Shown here one piece after another: positions 23,512 through 36,400 of a DNA stretch of 64,000 nucleotides. Under the pieces are notes generated by a model. The model was not told the DNA's origin. It was given only the letters and a program-made list of their open reading frames with translations, and made no database searches. The DNA comes from Mayamaea pseudoterrestris. Lineage: Eukaryota. Where the stretch lies: positions 248,001-312,000 of the forward strand of contig BROI01000028.1 in assembly GCA_027923505.1 (NCBI GenBank), in the 5' to 3' direction. The position numbers were made by a program, and so were the translations under genes. The first letter of the stretch is position 1. Each line of letters begins with the position of its first letter.

Positions 23512-24379
23512 ATGGGTAAATACGTACAGGTATGTCTACCAATAGCGAAAGAATGTTATTGTAGCTAGCGACTCTGTCGTCTCACCATTCACGTTCTCTC
23601 TTTCACCTCTACTTCACTCGCAGGCCCAACGTCGCGGAAAGTCGACCATCTTCAAGAGCCACACCCGCACTCGCAAGGGTGCGGTCAAGCTCCGCGCGTA
23701 CGACTACGCCGAGAAGCACGGCTACATTCGTGGCGTCGTCAAGGAGATTCTGCACGACCCTGGCCGAGGTGCTCCCATTGCCAAGGTGCAGTTCCGCAAC
23801 GCCTACCACTACAAGCGCGACAATGAGATTTTGGTCTGCACGGAAGGCATGTACTCGGGACAGTTTGTTTACTGCGGCAAGAAGGCGGCGCTAGCTGTCG
23901 GAAATGTACTTCCATTGTCGTCAGTTCCGGAAGGAACCATTGTCTGCAACGTGGAGGCCAAGTTGGGAGACCGCGGTGCATTTGCTCGTGGGTCAGGAGC
24001 CTTTGCTGTTGTTGTCACGCATGACGACGAAAAGGGCACTACTCGTCTTCGCCTACCATCGGGAGGAAAGAAGACTGTCCCATCCACTGTCCGAGCGCAG
24101 ATTGGAATTGTCGCTGGCGGAGGCCGAACGGACAAGCCGCTGCTCAAGGCGGGACGCGCCTACCACAAGTACGCCGTCAAGCGAAACTGCTGGCCAAGAA
24201 TTCGAGGTGTAGCCAAGAATCCTGTGGAGCATCCTCACGGAGGAGGTAACCATCAGCACATTGGTATGCCCTCGACTGTTTCCAAGGAGCGCCCTGCGGG
24301 TAGAAAGGTTGGTTTGATTGGAGCTCGTCGTACGGGACGGCTTCGCGGAGTCAAGAAGACGGCCCAGGACAGGGACTAA
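23512..24379 (+). CDS. RPL8: 60S ribosomal protein L8 (uL2); intron 23530-23623
   Basis: [16 protein letters not shown]...HDPGRGAP...[25 protein letters not shown]...[10 protein letters not shown]. Confidence 0.96.
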
Positions 24380-24923
24380 GCTTCATTATAGATTGGTTGA
24401 ATGGATTGTCAATTTACTATATCTACTAGTAGCGAGAATTTATAGTTTAATAAGTTTTTGGTAGCTTAGGGAGTGCAATACTACTTACTGCAGAGAGGGA
24501 GGAATAGAGTTCCAGACTCAACATAATCATCCTAGACTCCGTTACAGTACAGTACCGACTAATTGACATCGCTGCATAGCTCATCTTTTGCACATTAGCA
24601 GCAGCAGAAATTTCACGCTGCGATGTAATACAGTAATGCAACGTACTATATACCGGTACGTATCGATAGCTAAACGACCGAGGTTGAGTAACGCGGTAAG
24701 AAGTCGTGCTGCGACATGCGACAAAGATTCGTGCGTCCCGTTCATGCCGACCGATTAGTGCATCAAACTGTCGACAGGCAAGGAAAACCTGCGAACGTTA
24801 CATATACAACCATTTCGACACTCTTATATTCCAAATCAAGTGCTACCTGATCTTCTGACTTCATTTCACATTTGGAATTTCTTTTAAACGTCAAATTTGT
24901 CGCCAGCCAGTTATTTCATTACA

Positions 24924-26330
24924 ATGACATCCGTTCCATATCCGTACTTTACCAATGTACCATTTGCAGCCACTTTGACTGCCGTCGGACGATGCCGAAT
25001 TCATCCTTCTGGCTCCGAGTATCGCGAAATTGTCGACAAGAACAAGCAGCAGGCCATGGTTCAGCTGGAAGATTCCATTGCGACCGATGCAGAAAGAAAG
25101 AAACTACAGAAACAGTACATGAAGGAGGGTGTGGCAATGGCGAAAAAGTATTTGGAACAATCGCTCTCATTAGACGTTAGCATTTGCGATGTTGAAGTGG
25201 TGCTGGAAGCTGCTGATGTCATTGAGACGGATGGATGCATTTGCGCTTGTCTGCTGGACGCTGGCTGTCAAACAATTGTCTGCGACAATGCTAGCGCACT
25301 CGAGGCGAGCAAGGTACCAAGGGAACGTGTCATGGCAAGCTTTTCGTATGATGGAGACTCGTCTACTATACTTGAATCGATTGAAACGACGAAGGAACTC
25401 TGCAGCATGGTCTCGATTGAGATAAAGCATGGCTCGCACATGGACAAAGAAATTATCTTACGGCTCATTTCTGAGCTGCATGCCAGGGAAATGCACCTTG
25501 TCATTAGTATCCCAGCTGATCAATGCCAGCAAGAAGAACTTGCCGAACTAGTTGCGCGTGTTTGTTCCGAGCTGAAGGAAGGAGCTGGTACAATTTGCTT
25601 GCGAGACCCTACGGCTGATCAATTGGGACGATCCTTTGCTGCTTGTCTCAAGACGGATCGGGATGATGGCTTGTTTACAACTGTCGTGTGCGCACGTAAC
25701 GGTGAAGCTCTTGGGCTGGTGTATAGTAGTACAGAGTCGATTGTGGCTGCGCTGGAAAACGGACGAGGTGTATATTATTCAAGGAGCCGACAAGGACTCT
25801 GGCGCAAGGGAGATACCAGTGGTCACTATCAAGATTTGCACCGCCTCGACGTGGACTGCGACGGCGATGCACTTCGATTCACAGTCACGCAGCGCGGCAA
25901 GGAATGTCCAGCCTTCTGCCATTTGGGAACGCTCACCTGCTGGGGCCTTCCTCGTGGATTTCGTCAGCTGGAAGGTGTGCTGCAGGATCGCTTACGATCG
26001 GCGCCAGAAGGCTCGTATACGGAGCGATTGTTTAATGACTCTAATCTGTTGCGCGACAAGCTGGTTGAAGAGGCACAGGAGCTCTCGGAAGCAGACGACA
26101 AGCAGGACGTGGCAGGGGAGCTTGCGGATGTATTGTACTTTGCTTTCGTCAAGGCTACAAAGGCAGGTGTGACAATTGACGATGCTGTCGCGGAACTAGA
26201 CAGGAGAGCCCGGAAAGTGACTCGGCGCCAAGGCGACAGCAAAGCTTTTAGGATCGCGGCTGGTAATGCAATTCTTGCAAAGCCAACTATTGGTGATGAG
26301 AAATTGAATGCTTATAACTGCTTTTACTAG
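24924..26330 (+). CDS. hisIE: Histidine biosynthesis protein: phosphoribosyl-AMP cyclohydrolase + phosphoribosyl-ATP pyrophosphohydrolase, with an N-terminal extension; no histidinol dehydrogenase domain
   Basis: 'YYSRSRQGLWRKGDTSG', 'DCDGD', 'CHLG..TCW' (HisI) and 'GSYTERLF...KLVEEAQEL...ELADVLYF' (HisE). Confidence 0.9.
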   Translation: MTSVPYPYFTNVPFAATLTAVGRCRIHPSGSEYREIVDKNKQQAMVQLEDSIATDAERKKLQKQYMKEGVAMAKKYLEQSLSLDVSICDVEVVLEAADVIETDGCICACLLDAGCQTIVCDNASALEASKVPRERVMASFSYDGDSSTILESIETTKELCSMVSIEIKHGSHMDKEIILRLISELHAREMHLVISIPADQCQQEELAELVARVCSELKEGAGTICLRDPTADQLGRSFAACLKTDRDDGLFTTVVCARNGEALGLVYSSTESIVAALENGRGVYYSRSRQGLWRKGDTSGHYQDLHRLDVDCDGDALRFTVTQRGKECPAFCHLGTLTCWGLPRGFRQLEGVLQDRLRSAPEGSYTERLFNDSNLLRDKLVEEAQELSEADDKQDVAGELADVLYFAFVKATKAGVTIDDAVAELDRRARKVTRRQGDSKAFRIAAGNAILAKPTIGDEKLNAYNCFY

Positions 26331-26367
26331 TCTATATTGTTTAAATTAGCGTAAAATGCATTGTTTA

Positions 26368-27455
26368 GGATGCGCTACAAGATGGTGTGCCTGGCTGGTG
26401 TCTTTGTGGACTGCAATGTGATTGGTGACAAGTTGTCCCCAGCCTCAGCCTGCAGATGCCATGACATTCAACTGCCCATATAACACGCCATGTATACACC
26501 CAAATCACACCAGAATGCTGGCAACATCATTATTTATTCTGCGCTATATTATGGCATGCCAGGCTGGTGTCCTAGTAGACTGCAATGTGAATCGTGAGAA
26601 CTTCTCACCAGTCTCAGTCCACAGATGCCGTGACATTCAAACGCCCCTGCAGCAAGCCATGCATACACCCAAATCTCACCCGAATGGTGCCAACATCATC
26701 ATTTTTTGGACTGCGCTACAAAATGGTAATTTCGGCTGGTGTCTCAGGGGATGGCAATGTAATTGCTGACAACTTGTCACCAGTCTCAGCCCGCTGATGC
26801 CATGACATTCCAACACACCTACAGCAAGCTCTGTAGGTGCCCAAATTACACCAGAATGGTGCCAACATCATTATTGGGTCTGTGCTACAAGATGATAGGC
26901 TTGGATGGTGTCTCAGGGGATGGCAATGTATTTGGTGACAACTTGTCACCAGTCTCAACCCACAGGTGCCATGACATTCAAATGCCCCTACAGCAAGCTC
27001 TGTAGCTGCCCAAATGTGCCAACATCAATTTTAGGCTGCCCTACAAGATGGTAGGCTTGGATGGTGTCTCAGGGGATGGCAATGTATTTGGTGACAACTT
27101 TTCACCAATCTCAGCCCACAGATGCCATGACATTCAAATGCATCTACAGCAAGACCTGTAGGTGCCCAAATTACACCAAAATGGTGCCAACACCATTTGC
27201 TAGGCTGCGCTACAAGATGGTAGGCGTGGCTGGTGTCTCAGGGGATGGCAATGTATTTGGTGACAACTTGTCACCAATCTCAGCCCGCAGATGCCATGAC
27301 ATTCAAACACTCCTACAGCAAGCCCTGTAGGTGCCCAAATTACACCAGAATGGTGCCAACACTATTTTCTAGGCTGTGTTACAAGATGGTAGGCTTGGAT
27401 GGTGTCTCAGGAGATGGCAATGTATTTGGTGACAGCTTGTCACCAATCTCAGCCT
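26368..27455 (+). repeat. 169-bp satellite, left block (~6.5 monomers; most diverged at the outer edge)
   Basis: Repeated ..gcgctacaagatggtaggcttggctggtgtctcaggggatggcaatgtatttggtgacaacttgtcacca.. with ~169-bp period. Boundaries are approximate. Confidence 0.95.
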
Positions 27456-30400
27456 GCTTCAGTTAGCAGGTACTATGTGACTGCCTACCCTAGCAGTGGC
27501 AAACATCAGATCCCCACAATCTCTTTGTAAACTGGCTTGAAGCATGATCCAAGGTCACAAATGGATATTGTATAGTGCATTCACTTTGTGCATTTGCCTC
27601 CTGCATGTTGCCTGCTTCCAGATCCGCAGAAGTTGCTGGTATGTACTACCCAACTGCCGAACACCAACCTAGCAGTGGCAAACATGAAGTGCCCACACAC
27701 TCTATGCGTACAGCCACTGTGCATGATCCGAGTGCACAAGACATACCTCCTTGGTGAATTTGTTTTGCGCATCAGCCTCCTGCTTGCCTTTTGCCTTCAG
27801 GTCAGCATCTTCAGTTAGCAGGTACTATGTAACTGCCTACCCTAGCAGTGGCAAACATCAGATCCCCACAATCTCTATGTAAACTGGCTTGGGGCATGAT
27901 CCAAGGTCACAAATGGATATTGTATAGTGCATTCACTTTGTGCATTTGCCTCCTGCATGTTGCCTGCTTCCAGATCCGCAGAAGTTGCTGGTATGTACTA
28001 CCCAACTGCCGAACACCAACCTAGCAGTGGCAAACATGAAGTGCCCACACACTCTATGCGTACAGCCACTGTGCATGATCCGAGGGCACAAGACATACCT
28101 CCTTGGTGAATTTGTTTTGCGCATCAGCCTCCTGCTTGCCTTTTGCCTTCAGGTCAGCAGCTTCAGTTAGCAGGTACTATGTGACTGCCTACCCTAGCAG
28201 TGGCAAACATCAGATCCCCACAATCTCTTTGTAAACTGGCTTGGGGCATGATCCAAGGTCACAAATGGATATTGTATAGTGCATTCACTTTGTGCATTTG
28301 CCTCCTGCATGTTGCCTGCTTCCAGATCCGCAGAAGTTGCTGGTATGTACTACCCAACTGCCGAACACCAACCTAGCAGTGGCAAACATGAAGTGCCCAC
28401 ACACTCTATGCGTACAGCCACTGTGCATGATCCGAGGGCACAAGACATACCTTCTTGGTGAATTTGTTTTGCGCATCAGCCTCCTGCTTGCCTTTTGCCT
28501 TCAGGTCAGCAGCTTCAGTTAGCAGGCACTATGTGACTGCCTACCCTAGCAGTGGCAAACATCAGATCCACACAATCTCTTTATAAACTGGCTTGGGGCA
28601 TGATCCAAGGTCACAAATGGATATTGTATAGCGCATTCACTTTGTGCATTTGCCTCCTGCATGTTGCCTGCTTCCAGATCCGCAGAAGTTGCTGGTATGT
28701 ACTACCCAACTGCCGAACACCAACCTAGCAGTGGCAAACATGAAGTGCCCACACACTCTATGGGTACAGCCAATGTGCATGATCTGAGGGCACAAGACAT
28801 ACCTCCTTGGTGAATTTGTTTTGTGCATCAGCCTCCTGCTTGCCTTTTGCCTTCAGGTCAGCAGCTTCAGTTAGCAGGTACTATGTGACTGCCTACCCTA
28901 GCAGTGGCAAACATCAGATCCCCACAATCTCTTTGTAAACTGGCTTGGGGCATGATCCAAGGTCACAAATGGATATTGTATAGTGCATTCACTTTGTGCA
29001 TTTGCCTCCTGCATGTTGCCTGCTTCCAGATCCGCAGAAGTTGCTGGTATGTACTACCCAACTGCCAAACACTTTGTGCATCAGCCTCCTGCTTGCCTTT
29101 TGCCTTCAGGTCAGCAGCTTCAGTTAGCAGGTACTATGTGACTGCCTACCCTAGCAGTGGCAAACATCAGATCCCCACAATCTCTTTGTAAACTGGCTTG
29201 GGGCATGATCCAAGGTCACAAATGGATATTGTATAGTGCATTCACTTTGTGCATTTGCCTCCTGCATGTTGCCTGCTTCCAGATCCGCAGAAGTTGCTGG
29301 TATGTACTACCCAACTGCCAAACACCAACCTAGCAGTGGCAAACATGAAGTGCCCACACACTCTATGCGTACAGCCACTGTGCATGATCCGAGGGCACAA
29401 GACATACCTCCTTGGTGAATTTGTTTTGCGCATCAGCCTCCAGCGCCAACTAGCAGTGGCAAACATGAAGTGCCCACACTCTTTGCGTACAGCCACTGTG
29501 CATGATCCTTCTGCGTACAGCGAGGGCACAAGACATACCTCCTGTATTTGTCAGCCCCCTGCTTGCCTTTTGCCTTCAGGTCAGCAGCTTCAGTTAGCAG
29601 GTACTATGTGACTGCCTACCCTAGCAGTGGCAAACATCAGATCCCCACAATCTCTTTGTAAACTGGCTTGGGGCATGATCCAAGGTCACAAATGGATATT
29701 GTATAGTGCATTCACTTTGTGCATTTGCCTCCTGCATGTTGCCTGCTTCCAGATCCGCAGAAGTTGCTGGTATGTACTACCCAACTGCCGAACACCAACC
29801 TAGCAGTGGCAAACATGAAGTGCCCACACACTCTATGCGTACAGCCACTGTGCATGATCCGAGGGCACAAGACATACCTTCTTGGTGAATTTGTTTTGCG
29901 CATCAGCCTCCTGCTTGCCTTTTGCCTTCAGGTCAGCAGCTTCAGTTAGCAGGTACTATGTGACTGCCTACCCTAGCAGTGGCAAACATCAGATCCCCAC
30001 AATCTCTTTGTAAACTGGCTTGGGGCATGATCCAAGGTCACAAATGGATATTGTATAGCGCATTCACTTTGTGCATTTGCCTCCTGCATGTTGCCTGCTT
30101 CCAGATCCGCAGAAGTTGCTGGTATGTACTACCCAACTGCCGAACACCAACCTAGCAGTGGCAAACATGAAGTGCCCACACACTCTATGCGTACAGCCAC
30201 TGTGCATGATCCGAGGGCACAAGACATACCTCCTTGGTGAATTTGTTTTGCGCATCAGCCTCCTGCTTGCCTTTTGCCTTCAGGTCAGCAGCTTCAGTTA
30301 GCAGGTACTATGTGACTGCCTACCCTAGCAGTGGCAAACATCAGATCCCCACAATCTCTTTGTAAACTGGCTTGGGGCATGATCCAAGGTCACAAATGGA

Positions 30401-33400
30401 TATTGTATAGTGCATTCACTTTGTGCATTTGCCTCCTGCATGTTGCCTGCTTCCAGATCCGCAGAAGTTGCTGGTATGTACTACCCAACTGCCGAACACC
30501 AACCTAGCAGTGGCAAACATGAAGTGCCCACACACTCTATGCGTACAGCCACTGTGCATGATCCGAGGGCACAAGACATACCTCCTTGGTGAATTTGTTT
30601 TGCGCATCAGCCTCCTGCTTGCCTTTTGCCTTCAGGTCAGCAGCTTCAGTTAGCAGGTACTATGTGACTGCCTACCCTAGCAGTGGCAAACATCAGATCC
30701 CCACAATCTCTTTGTAAACTGGCTTGGGGCATGATCCAAGGTCACAAATGGATATTGTATAGTGCATTCACTTTGTGCATTTGCCTCCTGCATGTTGCCT
30801 GCTTCCAGATCCGCAGAAGTTGCTGGTATGTACTACCCAACTGCCGAACACCAACCTAGCAGTGGCAAACATGAAGTGCCCACACACTCTATGCGTACAG
30901 CCACTGTGCATGATCCGAGGGCACAAGACATACCTCCTTGGTGAATTTGTTTTGCGCATCAGCCTCCTGCTTGCCTTTTGCCTTCAGGTCAGCAGCTTCA
31001 GTTAGCAGGTACTATGTGACTGCCTACCCTAGCAGTGGCAAACATCAGATCCCCACAATCTCTTTGTAAACTGGCTTGGGGCATGATCCAAGGTCACAAA
31101 TGGATATTGTATAGTGCATTCACTTTGTGCATTTGCCTCCTGCATGTTGCCTGCTTCCAGATCCGCAGAAGTTGCTGGTATGTACTACCCAACTGCCGAA
31201 CACCAACCTAGCAGTGGCAAACATGAAGTGCCCACACACTCTATGCGTACAGCCACTGTGCATGATCCGAGGGCACAAGACATACCTCCTTGGTGAATTT
31301 GTTTTGCGCATCAGCCTCCTGCTTGCCTTTTGCCTTCAGGTCAGCAGCTTCAGTTAGCAGGTACTATGTGACTGCCTACCCTAGCAGTGGCAAACATCAG
31401 ATCCCCACAATCTCTTTGTAAACTGGCTTGGGGCATGATCCAAGGTCACAAATGGATATTGTATAGTGCATTCACTTTGTGCATTTGCCTCCTGCATGTT
31501 GCCTGCTTCCAGATCCGCAGAAGTTGCTGGTATGTACTACCCAACTGCCGAACACCAACCTAGCAGTGGCAAACATGAAGTGCCCACACACTCTATGCGT
31601 ACAGCCACTGTGCATGATCCGAGGGCACAAGACATACCTCCTTGGTGAATTTGTTTTGCGCATCAGCCTCCTGCTTGCCTTTTGCCTTCAGGTCAGCAGC
31701 TTCAGTTAGCAGGTACTATGTGACTGCCTACCCTAGCAGTGGCAAACATCAGATCCCCACAATCTCTTTGTAAACTGGCTTGGGGCATGATCCAAGGTCA
31801 CAAATGGATATTGTATAGTGCATTCACTTTGTGCATTTGCCTCCTGCATGTTGCCTGCTTCCAGATCCGCAGAAGTTGCTGGTATGTACTACCCAACTGC
31901 CGAACACCAACCTAGCAGTGGCAAACATGAAGTGCCCACACACTCTATGCGTACAGCCACTGTGCATGATCCGAGGGCACAAGACATACCTCCTTGGTGA
32001 ATTTGTTTTGCGCATCAGCCTCCTGCTTGCCTTTTGCCTTCAGGTCAGCAGCTTCAGTTAGCAGGTACTATGTGACTGCCTACCCTAGCAGTGGCAAACA
32101 TCAGATCCCCACAATCTCTTTGTAAACTGGCTTGGGGCATGATCCAAGGTCACAAATGGATATTGTATAGTGCATTCACTTTGTGCATTTGCCTCCTGCA
32201 TGTTGCCTGCTTCCAGATCCGCAGAAGTTGCTGGTATGTACTACCCAACTGCCGAACACCAACCTAGCAGTGGCAAACATGAAGTGCCCACACACTCTAT
32301 GCGTACAGCCACTGTGCATGATCCGAGGGCACAAGACATACCTCCTTGGTGAATTTGTTTTGCGCATCAGCCTCCTGCTTGCCTTTTGCCTTCAGGTCAG
32401 CAGCTTCAGTTAGCAGGTACTATGTGACTGCCTACCCTAGCAGTGGCAAACATCAGATCCCCACAATCTCTTTGTAAACTGGCTTGGGGCATGATCCAAG
32501 GTCACAAATGGATATTGTATAGTGCATTCACTTTGTGCATTTGCCTCCTGCATGTTGCCTGCTTCCAGATCCGCAGAAGTTGCTGGTATGTACTACCCAA
32601 CTGCCGAACACCAACCTAGCAGTGGCAAACATGAAGTGCCCACACACTCTATGCGTACAGCCACTGTGCATGATCCGAGGGCACAAGACATACCTCCTTG
32701 GTGAATTTGTTTTGCGCATCAGCCTCCTGCTTGCCTTTTGCCTTCAGGTCAGCAGCTTCAGTTAGCAGGTACTATGTGACTGCCTACCCTAGCAGTGGCA
32801 AACATCAGATCCCCACAATCTCTTTGTAAACTGGCTTGGGGCATGATCCAAGGTCACAAATGGATATTGTATAGTGCATTCACTTTGTGCATTTGCCTCC
32901 TGCATGTTGCCTGCTTCCAGATCCGCAGAAGTTGCTGGTATGTACTACCCAACTGCCGAACACCAACCTAGCAGTGGCAAACATGAAGTGCCCACACACT
33001 CTATGCGTACAGCCACTGTGCATGATCCGAGGGCACAAGACATACCTCCTTGGTGAATTTGTTTTGCGCATCAGCCTCCTGCTTGCCTTTTGCCTTCAGG
33101 TCAGCAGCTTCAGTTAGCAGGTACTATGTGACTGCCTACCCTAGCAGTGGCAAACATCAGATCCCCACAATCTCTTTGTAAACTGGCTTGGGGCATGATC
33201 CAAGGTCACAAATGGATATTGTATAGTGCATTCACTTTGTGCATTTGCCTCCTGCATGTTGCCTGCTTCCAGATCCGCAGAAGTTGCTGGTATGTACTAC
33301 CCAACTGCCGAACACCAACCTAGCAGTGGCAAACATGAAGTGCCCACACACTCTATGCGTACAGCCACTGTGCATGATCCGAGGGCACAAGACATACCTC

Positions 33401-36400
33401 CTTGGTGAATTTGTTTTGCGCATCAGCCTCCTGCTTGCCTTTTGCCTTCAGGTCAGCAGCTTCAGTTAGCAGGTACTATGTGACTGCCTACCCTAGCAGT
33501 GGCAAACATCAGATCCCCACAATCTCTTTGTAAACTGGCTTGGGGCATGATCCAAGGTCACAAATGGATATTGTATAGTGCATTCACTTTGTGCATTTGC
33601 CTCCTGCATGTTGCCTGCTTCCAGATCCGCAGAAGTTGCTGGTATGTACTACCCAACTGCCGAACACCAACCTAGCAGTGGCAAACATGAAGTGCCCACA
33701 CACTCTATGCGTACAGCCACTGTGCATGATCCGAGGGCACAAGACATACCTCCTTGGTGAATTTGTTTTGCGCATCAGCCTCCTGCTTGCCTTTTGCCTT
33801 CAGGTCAGCAGCTTCAGTTAGCAGGTACTATGTGACTGCCTACCCTAGCAGTGGCAAACATCAGATCCCCACAATCTCTTTGTAAACTGGCTTGGGGCAT
33901 GATCCAAGGTCACAAATGGATATTGTATAGTGCATTCACTTTGTGCATTTGCCTCCTGCATGTTGCCTGCTTCCAGATCCGCAGAAGTTGCTGGTATGTA
34001 CTACCCAACTGCCGAACACCAACCTAGCAGTGGCAAACATGAAGTGCCCACACACTCTATGCGTACAGCCACTGTGCATGATCCGAGGGCACAAGACATA
34101 CCTCCTTGGTGAATTTGTTTTGCGCATCAGCCTCCTGCTTGCCTTTTGCCTTCAGGTCAGCAGCTTCAGTTAGCAGGTACTATGTGACTGCCTACCCTAG
34201 CAGTGGCAAACATCAGATCCCCACAATCTCTTTGTAAACTGGCTTGGGGCATGATCCAAGGTCACAAATGGATATTGTATAGTGCATTCACTTTGTGCAT
34301 TTGCCTCCTGCATGTTGCCTGCTTCCAGATCCGCAGAAGTTGCTGGTATGTACTACCCAACTGCCGAACACCAACCTAGCAGTGGCAAACATGAAGTGCC
34401 CACACACTCTATGCGTACAGCCACTGTGCATGATCCGAGGGCACAAGACATACCTCCTTGGTGAATTTGTTTTGCGCATCAGCCTCCTGCTTGCCTTTTG
34501 CCTTCAGGTCAGCAGCTTCAGTTAGCAGGTACTATGTGACTGCCTACCCTAGCAGTGGCAAACATCAGATCCCCACAATCTCTTTGTAAACTGGCTTGGG
34601 GCATGATCCAAGGTCACAAATGGATATTGTATAGTGCATTCACTTTGTGCATTTGCCTCCTGCATGTTGCCTGCTTCCAGATCCGCAGAAGTTGCTGGTA
34701 TGTACTACCCAACTGCCGAACACCAACCTAGCAGTGGCAAACATGAAGTGCCCACACACTCTATGCGTACAGCCACTGTGCATGATCCGAGGGCACAAGA
34801 CATACCTCCTTGGTGAATTTGTTTTGCGCATCAGCCTCCTGCTTGCCTTTTGCCTTCAGGTCAGCAGCTTCAGTTAGCAGGTACTATGTGACTGCCTACC
34901 CTAGCAGTGGCAAACATCAGATCCCCACAATCTCTTTGTAAACTGGCTTGGGGCATGATCCAAGGTCACAAATGGATATTGTATAGTGCATTCACTTTGT
35001 GCATTTGCCTCCTGCATGTTGCCTGCTTCGCAGATCCGCAGAAGTGTGGTATGTACTACCCAACTGCCGAACACCAACCTAGCAGTGGCAAACATGAAGT
35101 GCCCACACACTCTATGCGTACAGCCACTGTGCATGATCCGAGGGCACAAGACATACCTCCTTGGTGAATTTGTTTTGCGCATCAGCCTCCTGCTTGCCTT
35201 TTGCCTTCAGGTCAGCAGCTTCAGTTAGCAGGTACTATGTGACTGCCTACCCTAGCAGTGGCAAACATCAGATCCCCACAATCTCTTTGTAAACTGGCTT
35301 GGGGCATGATCCAAGGTCACAAATGGATATTGTATAGTGCATTCACTTTGTGCATTTGCCTCCTGCATGTTGCCTGCTTCCAGATCCGCAGAAGTTGCTG
35401 GTATGTACTACCCAACTGCCGAACACCAACCTAGCAGTGGCAAACATGAAGTGCCCACACACTCTATGCGTACAGCCACTGTGCATGATCCGAGGGCACA
35501 AGACATACCTCCTTGGTGAATTTGTTTTGCGCATCAGCCTCCTGCTTGCCTTTTGCCTTCAGGTCAGCAGCTTCAGTTAGCAGGTACTATGTGACTGCCT
35601 ACCCTAGCAGTGGCAAACATCAGATCCCCACAATCTCTTTGTAAACTGGCTTGGGGCATGATCCAAGGTCACAAATGGATATTGTATAGTGCATTCACTT
35701 TGTGCATTTGCCTCCTGCATGTTGCCTGCTTCCAGATCCGCAGAAGTTGCTGGTATGTACTACCCAACTGCCGAACACCAACCTAGCAGTGGCAAACATG
35801 AAGTGCCCACACACTCTATGCGTACAGCCACTGTGCATGATCCGAGGGCACAAGACATACCTCCTTGGTGAATTTGTTTTGCGCATCAGCCTCCTGCTTG
35901 CCTTTTGCCTTCAGGTCAGCAGCTTCAGTTAGCAGGTACTATGTGACTGCCTACCCTAGCAGTGGCAAACATCAGATCCCCACAATCTCTTTGTAAACTG
36001 GCTTGGGGCATGATCCAAGGTCACAAATGGATATTGTATAGTGCATTCACTTTGTGCATTTGCCTCCTGCATGTTGCCTGCTTCCAGATCCGCAGAAGTT
36101 GCTGGTATGTACTACCCAACTGCCGAACACCAACCTAGCAGTGGCAAACATGAAGTGCCCACACACTCTATGCGTACAGCCACTGTGCATGATCCGAGGG
36201 CACAAGACATACCTCCTTGGTGAATTTGTTTTGCGCATCAGCCTCCTGCTTGCCTTTTGCCTTCAGGTCAGCAGCTTCAGTTAGCAGGTACTATGTGACT
36301 GCCTACCCTAGCAGTGGCAAACATCAGATCCCCACAATCTCTTTGTAAACTGGCTTGGGGCATGATCCAAGGTTACAAATGGATATTGTATAGTGCATTC

